This document shows positions 1 through 10,889 of a DNA stretch of 57,085 nt, piece by piece. The stretch covers positions 1 to 57,085 of the forward strand of contig DF237520.1 in NCBI GenBank assembly GCA_000708835.1, read 5' to 3'. The position numbers were made by a program, and so were the translations under genes. The stretch comes from Klebsormidium nitens (Eukaryota > Plantae > Klebsormidiophyceae). Every line of letters starts with the position of its first letter. Position 1 is the stretch's first letter. The notes beneath the pieces are model-generated. The model was not told the DNA's origin, ran no database searches, and saw only the letters and a program-made list of their open reading frames with translations.

Positions 1-76
1 CTGGAGCTACCTAGCTGTTCCGGTGATCTGAACGTCAGAATGGGTTGCTGCCAGCTTCCTCCGAAAGTCAAGCGCA

Positions 77-388
77 ATGGCGTCCCCTGACGCACCCCCT
101 CCCGAGCCAAAGCCGCAGGGAGGCCCCTCAAAAGCTCCCAGGTATCCCAACCCTCCCGAAGTGAAGCCGCCGAAGTGGGCAAATCCCCCGGAAACGGAGA
201 TTCCTGACCCGACAACGCTCCGGGAGCAGTGGAGATATGCGCAGCGGATGTATGGGCGCTTGTACGGGCAGGCTTGGGGAACGGCTATCATTGCCGGGGT
301 GGGGCTCTATGCAATAGGCTATTGGTGGAAAGGGAGCAACCCATTGCTGCCGAGCCCGAGTAAGAAGGAGGAGAAGAGAAGTAGCTGA
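77..388 (+). CDS. Small single-pass membrane protein, apparently of a conserved land-plant family of unknown function (103 aa, intronless)
   Basis: ATG at 77, TGA at 386-388. Pro-rich N-terminus (YPNPP), then PDPTTLREQWRYA..Y...Y..AWGTAIIAGVGLYAIGYWWKGSNPL with one hydrophobic helix. From memory this resembles a short plant protein family (DPATLREQW...AWGTAILAG...KGSNP); not database-checked. Confidence 0.85.
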   Translation: MASPDAPPPEPKPQGGPSKAPRYPNPPEVKPPKWANPPETEIPDPTTLREQWRYAQRMYGRLYGQAWGTAIIAGVGLYAIGYWWKGSNPLLPSPSKKEEKRSS

Positions 389-581
389 TCTGGCGGAAAA
401 GGGAAGGGGTCAGAGTAGGGGGGCAACCGAGAGGGGGAAAGGCAGCCACCCGGTTTCAAGCTTTTGTCACTCTGTGCCTGTTGGAAGAATCTGGTTTGAT
501 GGGGCTCCTGGAAATGGTTGGTTGAGTGGTGGTGTAAGTAAGGGACTAAATTTGGACATTGAGTCTAAGGCCAGGCTGTGC

Positions 582-1037
582 ATGGCACCAATTGGTGGCT
601 CGCAAAGCGGAACCCATACACGTGCTTCAGAATGCGAGGCAGCAGAGTCTGTCATTTCAACCAAAGCGCCACCCAAGCCCGTCGCGTACTATTGTCAGGA
701 CTTTGCCTGGGAGGAGCTTCAGAAAGTGGTGGAGAGCAATGCTGCTTTGTCGCATGCTTGGAGCAGTTCAGTTGAAGACGATCTTGCAATCAGCAACAGT
801 ACATATCATTCTCATGGAGCGAGAGAGCAATGCCGAGAGTCAAGTTTGGAGACGAGGCGAAGCAGCAGTGGTGTGAATAGGAGTGGTCTCATTGGGACGG
901 CTGGGACAGCTCTGCCTCATGAGCACGCGTGGGAGGGTTTTCACACCAAGCACACCACCGCGCGGTTCTTCAAGGAGCGGCGCTACCTGTTGGAGGAGTT
1001 TCCAGAGCTCAAAGCAGGGCGGCTGAAGATTCTGGAG
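582..1037 (+). CDS. METTL6: METTL6-like exon 1
   Basis: MAPIGG...YYCQDFAWEEL...WEGFHTKHTTARFFKERRYLLEEFPELKAGRLKILE; donor GAG|GTGAGT at 1038. Confidence 0.9.
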
Positions 1038-4000
1038 GTGAGTAGCATGCAGTAAATCCTATCATGTTATTGGTCGAGCCTTCAACTGACCTCAGAAAAA
1101 GATGCTGCCTGCGTAAAATCCTGCAGAGAAGAGGGCTTCTCAGCTTTCTGTTTGTAGTAACCAATCTGCTTTTATAACGTTGATTTTCCTTGGTATGACG
1201 TAGGAAGTTCTTTGCGGCATCTTAAGTGCGTCAAACAACAGCTTTATGCTTTTTTATTACATCCTTCAGGAGCCTGCATTCGTTTTCCACATTTTGGATC
1301 CAGATTGATGGAGAAAGAACAGACAATGAGACGCTCTTGTCAAGTGTGGATTATTTGATGATACTCACTTGGGGAAGAGGTCGGCCTAAAAGCATGCAGA
1401 GTGATAATGCCCTCTTCTGTTGGCAGAGGACGCGTGCTTGGCCTCCTCATGCACGAAAGGCACACAGTCTGCACAATCATTGCCTCACTTCGCTGTGCCT
1501 TGCTCGAATTCTGCTGCCAAACCTACAGTATCAGGAGCTTCGCAGTTGACTCGCGAAGCGACTTTCCATTAGAGCTGTCCGCTCAACCATCTCTTAACCC
1601 ACCTTTCGCAGGTTGGGTGCGGCAGTGGCAGCACGGCGATTCCCCTCCTAACCGGAAACCCCCAAACCCTACTGCATGCCTGCGACTGCAGCCCCACTGC
1701 TGTGGCCCACACCGCAGCCGCCGTTCAAAGGGCGATTGGGAGCCTCGAAGCTGCCCGGAGGTTTAAGGGGTTCTGTTGGGATGCCGCTTTGGAACCCTGC
1801 CCTTTACTGGGGAGGGTACGATTGGAGGGTTTGCAGGAAACAGAAGGTTTGGAGGAGACTGAGCGAGGGAGGGGGGGTTTGACAGCGGTGGCAAGCGGGG
1901 CTGACAATGGGCGGGCGGAAAGAGGTGGGGTGTATGGAGAAGCAATAAGAGGGGCGAATGTGGACCTGCGAAGCAGCGGGAGTGGTGGCGAGGCAAGCGG
2001 GATTTGGTTGGGCGTGGGAGAAAACGAGGGGATCAGAGAGGGGGTGTGGGGGGCAAGCAGGATTGAACTGGGCCAGCAAACCATTGGGGAAGGAAATGCT
2101 GAGAGGGAGTGCGGGCAGCAGTCGGGATTAGTAACAGTCCGGGCAGCGAGCATGGGCGGCTGCGCAGGCGATTGCGATGCAAAGAGGCCTTGTACAGAGA
2201 GCGACGAGCATGCCTGTACTATAGTCGACCCTGCTGAGGGGCAGGCAAGTGTACATACAGAGTGTACAGTAGGGGGCGGTAGAAACGAGCCAAGTAGCCC
2301 TCCGGGTAGAATAGGTGGGCCCAAGGAACCGGGTAGCCTTAGAGCAAATTGTTTGTGCGAGGAACTAGAAGTGGGAGGATTAGGGGATAGTGAAAGCGGG
2401 GCCGACCAGGTGGGAGAGAGCAGTGTGCTGCAGCGGGGGCTGAGTGACGCGGTACTTGGGCCAGGAGACGGGTTCGACTTCGTCACGCTGGTAAGGGTGC
2501 CATCCTTCCATTCTTTTTTCTGACTCTGCAAAATTATCGGCAGTCCTAGAATGGACAACGCGAAACCGTGTTTGCTTTGAATAGGTCCTTGCTGATTAGT
2601 GCAGACAGGGCAGGTTGGATACACGTGTTCTTCCAGACACTTGAGCACCCAGGACCAAGCTGGACTTCCCTGTTTAGTTTTTAAGCGGGTAACCGCTGTC
2701 GAAACAAAATCTTGCAATTATGCTCGAATGCTTTCCTTATCGGCAGGAACCTCTGGCGCCACTCTGCTGTGCTTTAGTTAGAGACGATCATGGTGCCACT
2801 TCTTTCATCAGACCGAGATCTTTTGCGGAAAGAGTAAGTTTGGGCAGGCACTGTGCAATGGGCGAGTTTGGAGGTTGGAATGAGGAGTACGAAGGTCGGT
2901 TATAGTTGCTGCATTTGTCTTGGCCCCAGAAAGTTGCTGCTTTTCTTTCGGGCCACTACCTTTCCTGCGTTGAACAAGCAGAAGCTTGCACGAGTGAAGA
3001 GGCTCGTTCAAGCAAGGCACCAGACTGCGAAGCAGAGTCTCAAGGCTGCTGCTTTTTCAGATCGGAACCTCTCATCTGTTCAGCAAGCTTTCACTTATGT
3101 CTCCTGCCATTCCGCAGATCTTCACGCTGTCTGCGGTTCACCCCGATCACATGCCCTCGCTGCTGAGAAGGCTGCACCAGCTGCTGCGCCCAGGAGGGGC
3201 GATCCTCTTCCGAGACTACGGTGAGGGATGATCATTTCTAACCTCAAATCAGGCACACCATCCTACGTGGATGGTGTTCAGATGGACTCAAAGCGGAGGG
3301 GAGTTCCAGTAGTTTGGCTTCGTCTATGCCCACCCCGCGACCGTGCAGTGGCCATGCTGGGCTCCCTTGCAGATTGTACAGGACCCGAGCTTTCACTTCT
3401 AACGCCACAGGACGCTGCTGCGTGCCCTCCCCCAACTCGTATCTAATCGCCAGTCCTCAATCTTCTTCCTGAAGGGGATTGCTTGTTTGAACGTACGGAC
3501 TGCTCTCAGGTATCGTTTCCTGTACTTGTTTGATACGATCTCCTTACCCTGTTTCGTTCGCCTCTTTCCCCCGCCTCAGTTCCCCGCTTTCTTCCCCTCT
3601 CCTATCTTCAATGCTCTGAATAAAGGACTGCTTTTCTTTCACCCCCCCCAGGCCTGTACGACATGACCATGCTGCGCTTTCCCCCCGGCCAGAAGGTGGG
3701 CGACCGGCTGTACCGCCGGCTGGACGGCACGCTCTCCTACTTCTTCTCCAAGGAAGCGCTCGCGCAGCTGGCCACCCAGGCCGGATTCACAGTAGTAAGG
3801 CAGACTCGCGGCATTCTGAGTTCGTACCCTTTGCTTTGGTACTTTTTGCTTCTCCTGCGACCCAGGCGGGACTCCCAGTGGTGAGGCAGACCCTCGGCTT
3901 TCGAGTCTTCACCCTTTGCTTTGATGGTTTGACTCCCTTTGGTCCAAGACGCGCAGACTCTGACAAAGATTTCGATCGTAAAACCCTTGGCATCTTTTGG

Positions 4001-7000
4001 GGCGTCCATCTGATAATGCGATTCATTCGCAGCAGTGATCGGTCAGTACTTTGTAACTTGCTGCAATGGAGGACGACTCAGTGTTGTCCTGAAGTCTGTC
4101 ATCATTTGAATAATCGAACAGGAGAACTCTGTTTTCTGACTCGGAAATCCCTTGCATACGGTTGCTTGAAAGATGTGAAGCTACGCAGCTGGGCTTACCA
4201 AAAGCCTGGCAGTCTGATATCATCCCGTCTAGTGGGCAGTTGCACTTGATGGCGAGGAAGGCAAACGAATGCGTTGGCAATGGCAGTTGCTGTATGCTGA
4301 GCCAGTCTTTCGCCTGAAGCTCTTAACTTTTGCCCAATTGTGGACCCCAATCTCTCACGCCCTCCTGCTTTAAGGTCTTACGCTGAGCATCGGGTCTTTG
4401 CCGTTCCTTAGGTTGCATGCCGAGTGCAGGATGGAAAGGTATCTACGGTCTTACCATCAGCCTCTGTGCCGGCTTCTCTTGAGACAAAGTCCGCAAACGA
4501 GCGCTCCGCTGAATCAGTCGCTGCACGGCAAGGCTGGGACCAAGTTCGGAATTGCCATATGTCCGTGTTGGTTAAAAGAACGTCAAAACCTATTGCTAAA
4601 GTATACAGGCGCCTCTTTTCCTTTTCGCGTGCTGCGACGGAATTTTGGGGAGCCTGTTTTGGCCGTTTGCCACGCTTCTTGTCTGGGTCCTCTCTTTCTG
4701 TCTCTCTTTTTCTGTCTTGCTCCCGACCTGCATCTTGCTGGGTTGTCTCGTTTACAACAGCACGTTTTGACAGTGGCGTGCGAGAATTGTTCTCGAACGA
4801 ATGAAATGTAGGGTGCCAACTCAATCGTCATTTCCTGTATCCACTTAGTTTGCACGTCTTTCCGCTGTGGCATTTCAGTTTCTGATTCAATCCTCAAACG
4901 GCATCGGAAATTTTCGAGACAGAAGCTCCTGGGCCTAATTGAGATGAAGTAGAAGCTTCCGCTGCACGGCCTGGAGCCTTGTGAGGGCACTCGGCCAGCC
5001 GACGGAAAATGCTTGCGTCCGTCATCTCTTACCTCGGATCCAAAGGAGACAGTATGGCTACGAAGAACCAGTAGAATGAAGCAAACGTTTAGCTTCAAAC
5101 TCTGTTGGATGTTTGAGTATCTGGAGCCAGGTAATCCATTGTATGCGCGCTATACCCAATCCTGACCGAGCTTCATAAGCAGTGTTGCGCTGGATCCCTG
5201 CCATTTGCAAAGCATGCGGGAAAACCCCGGCCCTTGAAAATTGTTTTCCCGACCCTTGAAAATCACGTTTACTTACATTGATTAGCCCTTTGCATTAGCC
5301 TGGATGGATGAGCTTTTTCTGATGTGTCAGTAAAGGACTTCTAGCATCTGGTGGATTTCAATATGTCTCTCTGCGTCTCTCCTCGTCTCCTTGTCGTTTG
5401 CCCCTCTTGTTCCCAATGACGATGTGTAAGTGCTGGCCCCTCGAAAAATTCTGAAAGGCCAGCCCTTTAGGTCCTTTGTCAGATGGGAACTCATCGCTGG
5501 CTGACTCGCTGCCTACATCGCAGCAAACAAGAAGTCAAATTGCTGCACGGTGGATTGTTTTGCGTTCATGAGAAAGCAAGCTTGGGTTTTCAAAACTTCG
5601 AAGAGTTCCTCCTGATAACTTCGAGTCTTACGTCTGACAATATTGCGTTCAGGGTGCTTTTAGCGATCAACACGAATGTCATAGCTTCTTTGAATCAATT
5701 GTGTTTGTGGGTGTCACCGCTTTGTATAGCAGTGATTCTGGGCCTTCGTTTGCCATGTCCATGCGCACGTCAACAAATTCGACATAGTTGCGGTGCGCTC
5801 TCCGCGTGAACACAGTTCGTGAAGAAGCCTCTTCTGAATGCTCAGAACGAGTCGATTTGTTCGGCGCTTTTATTAATTAAGGTTTCCGACTTCTGCTGGT
5901 CAACATACTCTTAACGCAAAGATTGCATGGTCAACATACTCTTAACGCAAAGATTGTAGGTTTAGAGGACGTCATGCGAACGGTGTGTCCCCCAGGAAAA
6001 CAGTCGAGCTGAGTGGGCGAGCTAGTCCTTGCTTTAGAGGTAGCTCTTTCATTCTTTTTTTCCGTTTGCAAGCGACGGTGCTGTCGATCCGTCTGTGTCG
6101 AGTCTGGCGTTCGTATATTGAGTCATTGTGATAAGCTTTTTGACTCGCTTGCTTGTTGAACTGTGCCTGGTCCAGACGCAAGTGTCATCAACTGACACGT
6201 CGGTCTCTGCCCTTCCTCCTGTGTAGTGCACTAAAAGTTAATGTTCAATTCCAGCGATGTTTTGCGGCTCTATTCTTGCGAGTATTGGCGTTCGTCAATT
6301 GCTTGCGTGGTGGCGTATTTAGCCAGGTTCACTGAGAGAAGTAGCGTTACTGACACAAAAAGCAGAGTGAGTGCTCCTGGCGGGGCTTGCGGGGCTGACA
6401 CGTGTTATTCTGTTATCTTGTTATCTTGCTATCTTGTTATCTTGTTATCTTGTTCTTTGTACTATGGCCTTGGATGGTGCTTGCAGCCATTCGTGGATAC
6501 GCAATGAAAATCAGTCCTGGAAAATCTGGTTCTTATACGTTGGGTTGCTCCCTAGAGTATTTTCTGAGTCATGTACAGCCGTCGCTCGATGAATGGGCGT
6601 CTGACCTGATCGAGCCATCTACGCTCAAACCGCTCCCCTTTTCTCTTTGGAATATTTCAGACTTGTACGAGCCTCTTGTCATAACCAGCAAGGCAACCTG
6701 GTATTATTCATCGACCAGTCTGCATTGCTACTAAAGTCATCTGATGGGCTGCAGTGCATAAGAGGACTGCTCTTAAATTGCTCTGCAAATGTGTTCCGTC
6801 TCGTTGTCTTTCACCGTGTGATTATGTTGAAACCCGGTTGTGAGTAAAAGGGTAGGTATGCGTGTACTCGACCTCTCATGATCGTCGTGGTGGCCATGAC
6901 AACAAAATATTGGCAAGCAGGAAGCGCTGCCATCGACACCTTCCACGTGAACGAGGATGCCATCCTCTTCTTCTCTCCTTTGCTTTGACCCAAGCTCTCA

Positions 7001-7375
7001 TTGTTCGGCAGTTGCGGGGGAATCCATTATGACTGGGCGGACTGTTCTACGTAGCAGTGATGAACAACATGTTTCACAGTTTGTCTGAACTCCGTGAAGA
7101 CACAACACGCTGCTTGAATCTGAGCTACGCAGCATCATCTGCCCTTCCCCGTCAACACCTTAGGTAAACGAGATGGCTTCTTTGTGGTTCAACTTCCTCA
7201 ACTGCCGAAATAACAAGGGGTGACGAGGAATCTAACGCATGTGGTGCAACAATGCAAAAAGGAATAATGGTCTCTGCTGCAGGTGGACTGCGAGTACTGC
7301 TGCGTGACCCTGGTCAACAAGCGGAAGGGGATCCAAATGAAGCGGGTGTGGCTGCATGCGCGGCTGCAAAAGTGA
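582..7375 (+). CDS. METTL6: METTL6/METTL2/Trm140-like tRNA N3-methylcytidine methyltransferase; join(582..1037,1612..2490,3118..3220,3652..3794,7283..7375), 557 aa
   Basis: All four introns are GT-AG and the spliced length is 1674 nt (558 codons) with consistent phases. Family motifs assemble across junctions: WEGFH..FFKERRYLLEEFPEL, ILE|VGCGSG (SAM motif I), HACDCSP, FDFVTL|IFTLSAV, LRPGGAILFRDY|GLYDMTMLRF, YRRLDGTLSYFF, EYCCV.LVNKRKG..MKRVW. The start at ATG 582 is the first in-frame ATG and is inferred. Confidence 0.9.
1612..2490 (+). CDS. METTL6: METTL6-like exon 2 (SAM motif I plus long low-complexity insertion)
   Basis: Acceptor tttcgcAG at 1610-1611; VGCGSGSTAIPLL...HACDCSP...GFDFVTL; donor CTG|GTAAGG at 2491. 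Confidence 0.85.
3118..3220 (+). CDS. METTL6: METTL6-like exon 3
   Basis: Acceptor tccgcAG; IFTLSAVHPDHMPSLLRRLHQLLRPGGAILFRDY; donor G|GTGAGG at 3221 (phase 1). Confidence 0.92.
3652..3794 (+). CDS. METTL6: METTL6-like exon 4
   Basis: Pyrimidine tract and AG at 3650-3651; (G)LYDMTMLRFPPGQKVGDRLYRRLDGTLSYFFSKEALAQLATQAGFTV; donor GTAAGG at 3795. Confidence 0.92.
5897..5956. repeat. Tandem duplication of a 29-mer (period 31)
   Basis: tggtcaacatactcttaacgcaaagattg at 5897-5925 and 5928-5956. Confidence 0.95.
6411..6454. repeat. Octamer microsatellite (TGTTATCT)5
   Basis: Five units with one T>C variant, inside METTL6 intron 4. Confidence 0.9.
7283..7375 (+). CDS. METTL6: METTL6-like terminal exon 5
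   Basis: Acceptor ctgctgcAG at 7281-7282; VDCEYCCVTLVNKRKGIQMKRVWLHARLQK-stop; follows a 3488-nt intron. Confidence 0.88.
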   Translation: MDCEYCCVTLVNKRKGIQMKRVWLHARLQK

Positions 7376-7599
7376 GCCCCATTAGTGTGCTGATAAGAGG
7401 AACGATGTAGTAAAGAGATTCCAAAACGCTACACGCATTGTAAAGTTTACAACAATCGAAGGCGCTTGCAGCCCCTTTTCCAACGAGTGAAACGTGCGGC
7501 TCACTTGCTTAAAAGGGTTGATCGAGATGGACTGAGAAGCATGTCGTGCCCAGCATAAAGTTCTTGGCCCGGCATTCAGTTCTTGGCCCCAGAATGTCT

Positions 7600-9960
7600 T
7601 CAAGGCTTACACACGAAGTCAACCTGTGCATGTTTTTTCTGCTGCGGACGGCCATGTCATTGTCAACTACGTTTCGGCAGAGACCTGTGTTGCGTGGACT
7701 TCCGTGAATCATTCTTGCTTCCGACTTCCTTCAGATCCTGGTCAAGGCCGTCTGTACGACTGAGGCAGCTTGACAGGCTTTTATATGTGAATTGACCCAG
7801 AGTCCAGTCTGTTCCTTCTTTCGACAGCCAGCTATTACTTCGTCTTTGTCTTGAGAGCTTCTGTGCTTTGCATTCGGACAGGGGCTCGGAATATATCATG
7901 GCAACGCTTTTTCCCCCCATTGTCGTTTCTTGTCAATGGATTGAAAAGGTTGGAAAAGCATTGCCTGGAAATGAAGCACTTTTTGCTGTGAGCGTTTTGC
8001 TCTTGTCTGGTGTCTGCACACACGACCGCTCTGAAAATATTGTTGCTGGCTTTCTTATGCCCATCCGTCCGAAAGCTCTCACCGTCCGCAGCAACTCTGA
8101 CGGATATTCTACTGGATATCTCCTCTTGCATCTGTGATTGCGTCCTGTTAATGGAACTAAGTGTGGCCGTTTGCCCATTTTTTACCGGCCGTAAACGGAG
8201 GTGTTCAGCATTCACCCCTACGAAGGGCATCCGGCACTTTAGGTGGAGCAGCGTTGACAGTTCGTGTTAACTTTCTTGTTCGCTTGCATTCTCAAGCAAA
8301 GGGACTGACTCACCTCAAGCTCTCGTCTAAGGCAGTCCCTGTACCATTACTTGTTTTTAAAAGGACACAATGATGAGTTTTTAGTTCAAATCTTCTTTTT
8401 GCTCAAACGTGGTTGTGTTTTTTGTTCATCTGGCAAGGATAACGTCGAAGTCTGGCCAGCACGGATTGCTGCCAGAGCTTGATATGCCGGCGCTTTGACT
8501 GCCAGCATCCTCGAATGAACCTAGCCTAAGATCGGCACTTCTGGCGTTGTCTGCGCTGCAGATCGACCTTGCCAATTCTGCTCTGCTGGAACTTCTGTAG
8601 ATTGCTTGAGACGAGTACGTCCTTTTCTCAAAACCGTCCGTTTCATGGTCACGCGTTTGGGTTCCTCGTGAGTTGTTTACTAGTTCTGCAACTTTCGATG
8701 CTTTTTGCGTTCCATTTTGCGACGCTATGTCTAGCTGCTGGCCCGTGTGACTATGATGAAAAGGACACGAGCAGATATTGAAGGGCACGTAAACCCTTAC
8801 AAAAGCATTTCCCTTGTCGGTTGGTCCTGCGGTCGCATAGACAACGCTTATAAGACATAAAAAAACTTGCGTTCGCATACTGTCCCCTAGGTTTGCAGTA
8901 CCAGTAGACAATACTCCGGGACTCTTCGTCTCTCGTCGGCAACGATCGCAGAAGTATAATGGCAGAAGCGTTGTCGGGGCTTTCTTCGTGTTGAGCCGGT
9001 CGGTCCTGCATGTCTCGTCAATCTGAGTCGGGACTGCTTGATGCCAGCTGTCGGCCTAAGATCCATAGATAATGCTTTTTTCGAAGGCTTCCTACTCCAG
9101 TGACGCGTGCTATGACTCTGCTACTGCCCTTCCCTCCGCCTCGCGCCTGCAACCCCACCTGCATTCTCTGCTGCGTCTTTGTTAGACTACTAAGGTCCGA
9201 CAAGGAGGCGACAATATGTTGGCTGGCTCTGACATCGCCGCACCCGCAGCTCTGATCGTTCTGTGCCGCATGATGGGCACTCAACGACTTTCAGTCACGA
9301 GTCTTTCCTTCGATGTCAGCACCCTTTGTCAACTCTGGGTACCCGGCCGGGTTGTTTCGGTTGGCTCTAACAGTGAATTCCGCAAGGGATGGTTTCTGGT
9401 GTAACCCAGCGTCCGTCGAAGGGCCATGCGAAGGGCATGAGAGTGGCTCGTGGACGCCTCACATTTTCAGAGGTTTGTAAACAGCACGTCTTACAGTCCT
9501 TGCTTAACACAAGGGCTATATCTCCGACAAAATTTTGATTGCTTTGCAAGTCTTGGCATTTTGTTGCACGGATCCGATCCAGAAAGGTTCGCAACGCTCT
9601 GCCTCGTTGCAAGGTTCGACATTCTTTTCCAAATGAACCTCTGTCCCCAAGTTAACAACACTGGCCGTGACAGTACATTTTTGTGGGGCCATAAAGCAGC
9701 CTCACTGCTGGTGACATTCGATCGAGCCAGGCATGAACGACTTGAGTTCAGTAGACCCCAACTGTCTTTAAGAAGCGATGCAGTAAGAACGCACTGCCGC
9801 TGTGGGGAACCAACACTGTCAACTGAGCGGCCATCAGGAATCGTCACAGGATAAAGAAGCCGGCTCGCAGGAGAGGTTGTAGCAGCAAATTTTCATCATC
9901 TTGATCGCCCGCCCGCATTTCCTACTTCTCCGTCTTTCTTTTTGTTGTCGTCTGACCAAT
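7600..9960 (-). pseudogene. Family-1 remnant U1 (3-prime half of gene, convergent with METTL6)
   Basis: Minus-frame motifs EAALWPHKNVLSRPVL, RPAQ..SLPT, YLLVSF..GQQL, CVQTPDKSK and CKAQKLSRQRRSNSWLS in shifting frames. Confidence 0.75.
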
Positions 9961-10544
9961 CTTGCCAGGTTAATACTGATGACGAGGTGTTAGATCGATC
10001 GTCCTTGATGACGTATCTGAAGTCACCCACCGCGTTAACCACAAGGGGGGACCTCCTTGCGTCAGCCATTCAGAGCAGCGAACGGTCTGCAAACACTTCG
10101 CGAAGGTGCTACTCTTTCGATTGAGGGGTGCGGACGCCATCTTTGAGTCGTTCATCCTTCCACTCCTTCTGGCTTTCAGCTTTCAGCAGTCACTGGGTTG
10201 TTGCGACTTTTTTTTGAATGGGCCGACGGTGCTACGTAGCGGTGATGAGCAGCTTATTTCACAGTTTGTCTGAACTCCGTGAAGACACAACCAAAACTCT
10301 TTCTTTCTCTGAGTTACGTAGCATTCTTCACCTCCTCCGTCAAGGTCCTGCTTACACTTCTGCCGATTTTTGCTGTTTGTGAACAAGTTGAAAGCTCTTT
10401 GCTAACACATCTGCATAAGTATGTCTGACGTATTCGGGACGCAACTGCTCTCGTGCAATGCCATGTACTAATTACCGAATGGTTGTGAAAGACAGGATTG
10501 TTTGCCTGCGTGCTGTTGCAAAAGAATCTTTCTTTTGCCTGCAG

Positions 10545-10778
10545 GTGGACCGCGAGTACTGCTGCGTAAACCTGGTGAACAAGCGGAAGGGGATCCAAAT
10601 GAATCGGGTGTGGCTGCAAGCGCGTTTGCGTGCTGCTGCAAAAGTGAGGCTTCGTAGTTTGCCGGTTAGAGACACGAATCAAGTACAGACAGAAAACCCA
10701 ATAGCTGAGACCATTGTACAGAACACGAACGCTAAAGCGATGGAAGGGGCTTGCAGCCTTTTTTTTCGAAACGAGTGA
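10545..10778 (+). pseudogene. Duplicated METTL6 terminal exon, copy 2 (acceptor intact, frame open, C-terminus extended)
   Basis: tcttttgcctgcAG|GTG at 10543-10545; VDREYCCVNLVNKRKGIQMNRVWLQARL. A net 10-nt insertion bypasses the original stop, so the frame runs to TGA at 10776-10778. Confidence 0.85.
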
Positions 10779-10889
10779 CATGTGCGGCTCGTTTGATCGA
10801 GATGGACGCATAAGCATGGGTGCGTAGCCTGGAGTCCTTGGCCTGGCCCATCTTTTCTTCGTGGCTTTTTTAGGAATTAACCTGTGCAT

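Noticed and set aside
7-291. 94-aa minus ORF
   Set aside because: Antisense shadow of the 77-388 gene.
1725-2717. 330-aa minus-strand ORF (longest in the track)
   Set aside because: Pro/Ser-rich antisense shadow of METTL6 exon 2; no motifs of its own.
4398-5098. Cluster of overlapping 126-171-aa ORFs
   Set aside because: Inside METTL6 intron 4, present on both strands, low complexity, no domain motifs.
5897-6454. Short direct repeats as a possible CRISPR array
   Set aside because: Only two 29-mers with a 2-nt gap and a spacerless octamer run; eukaryotic context and no cas genes.
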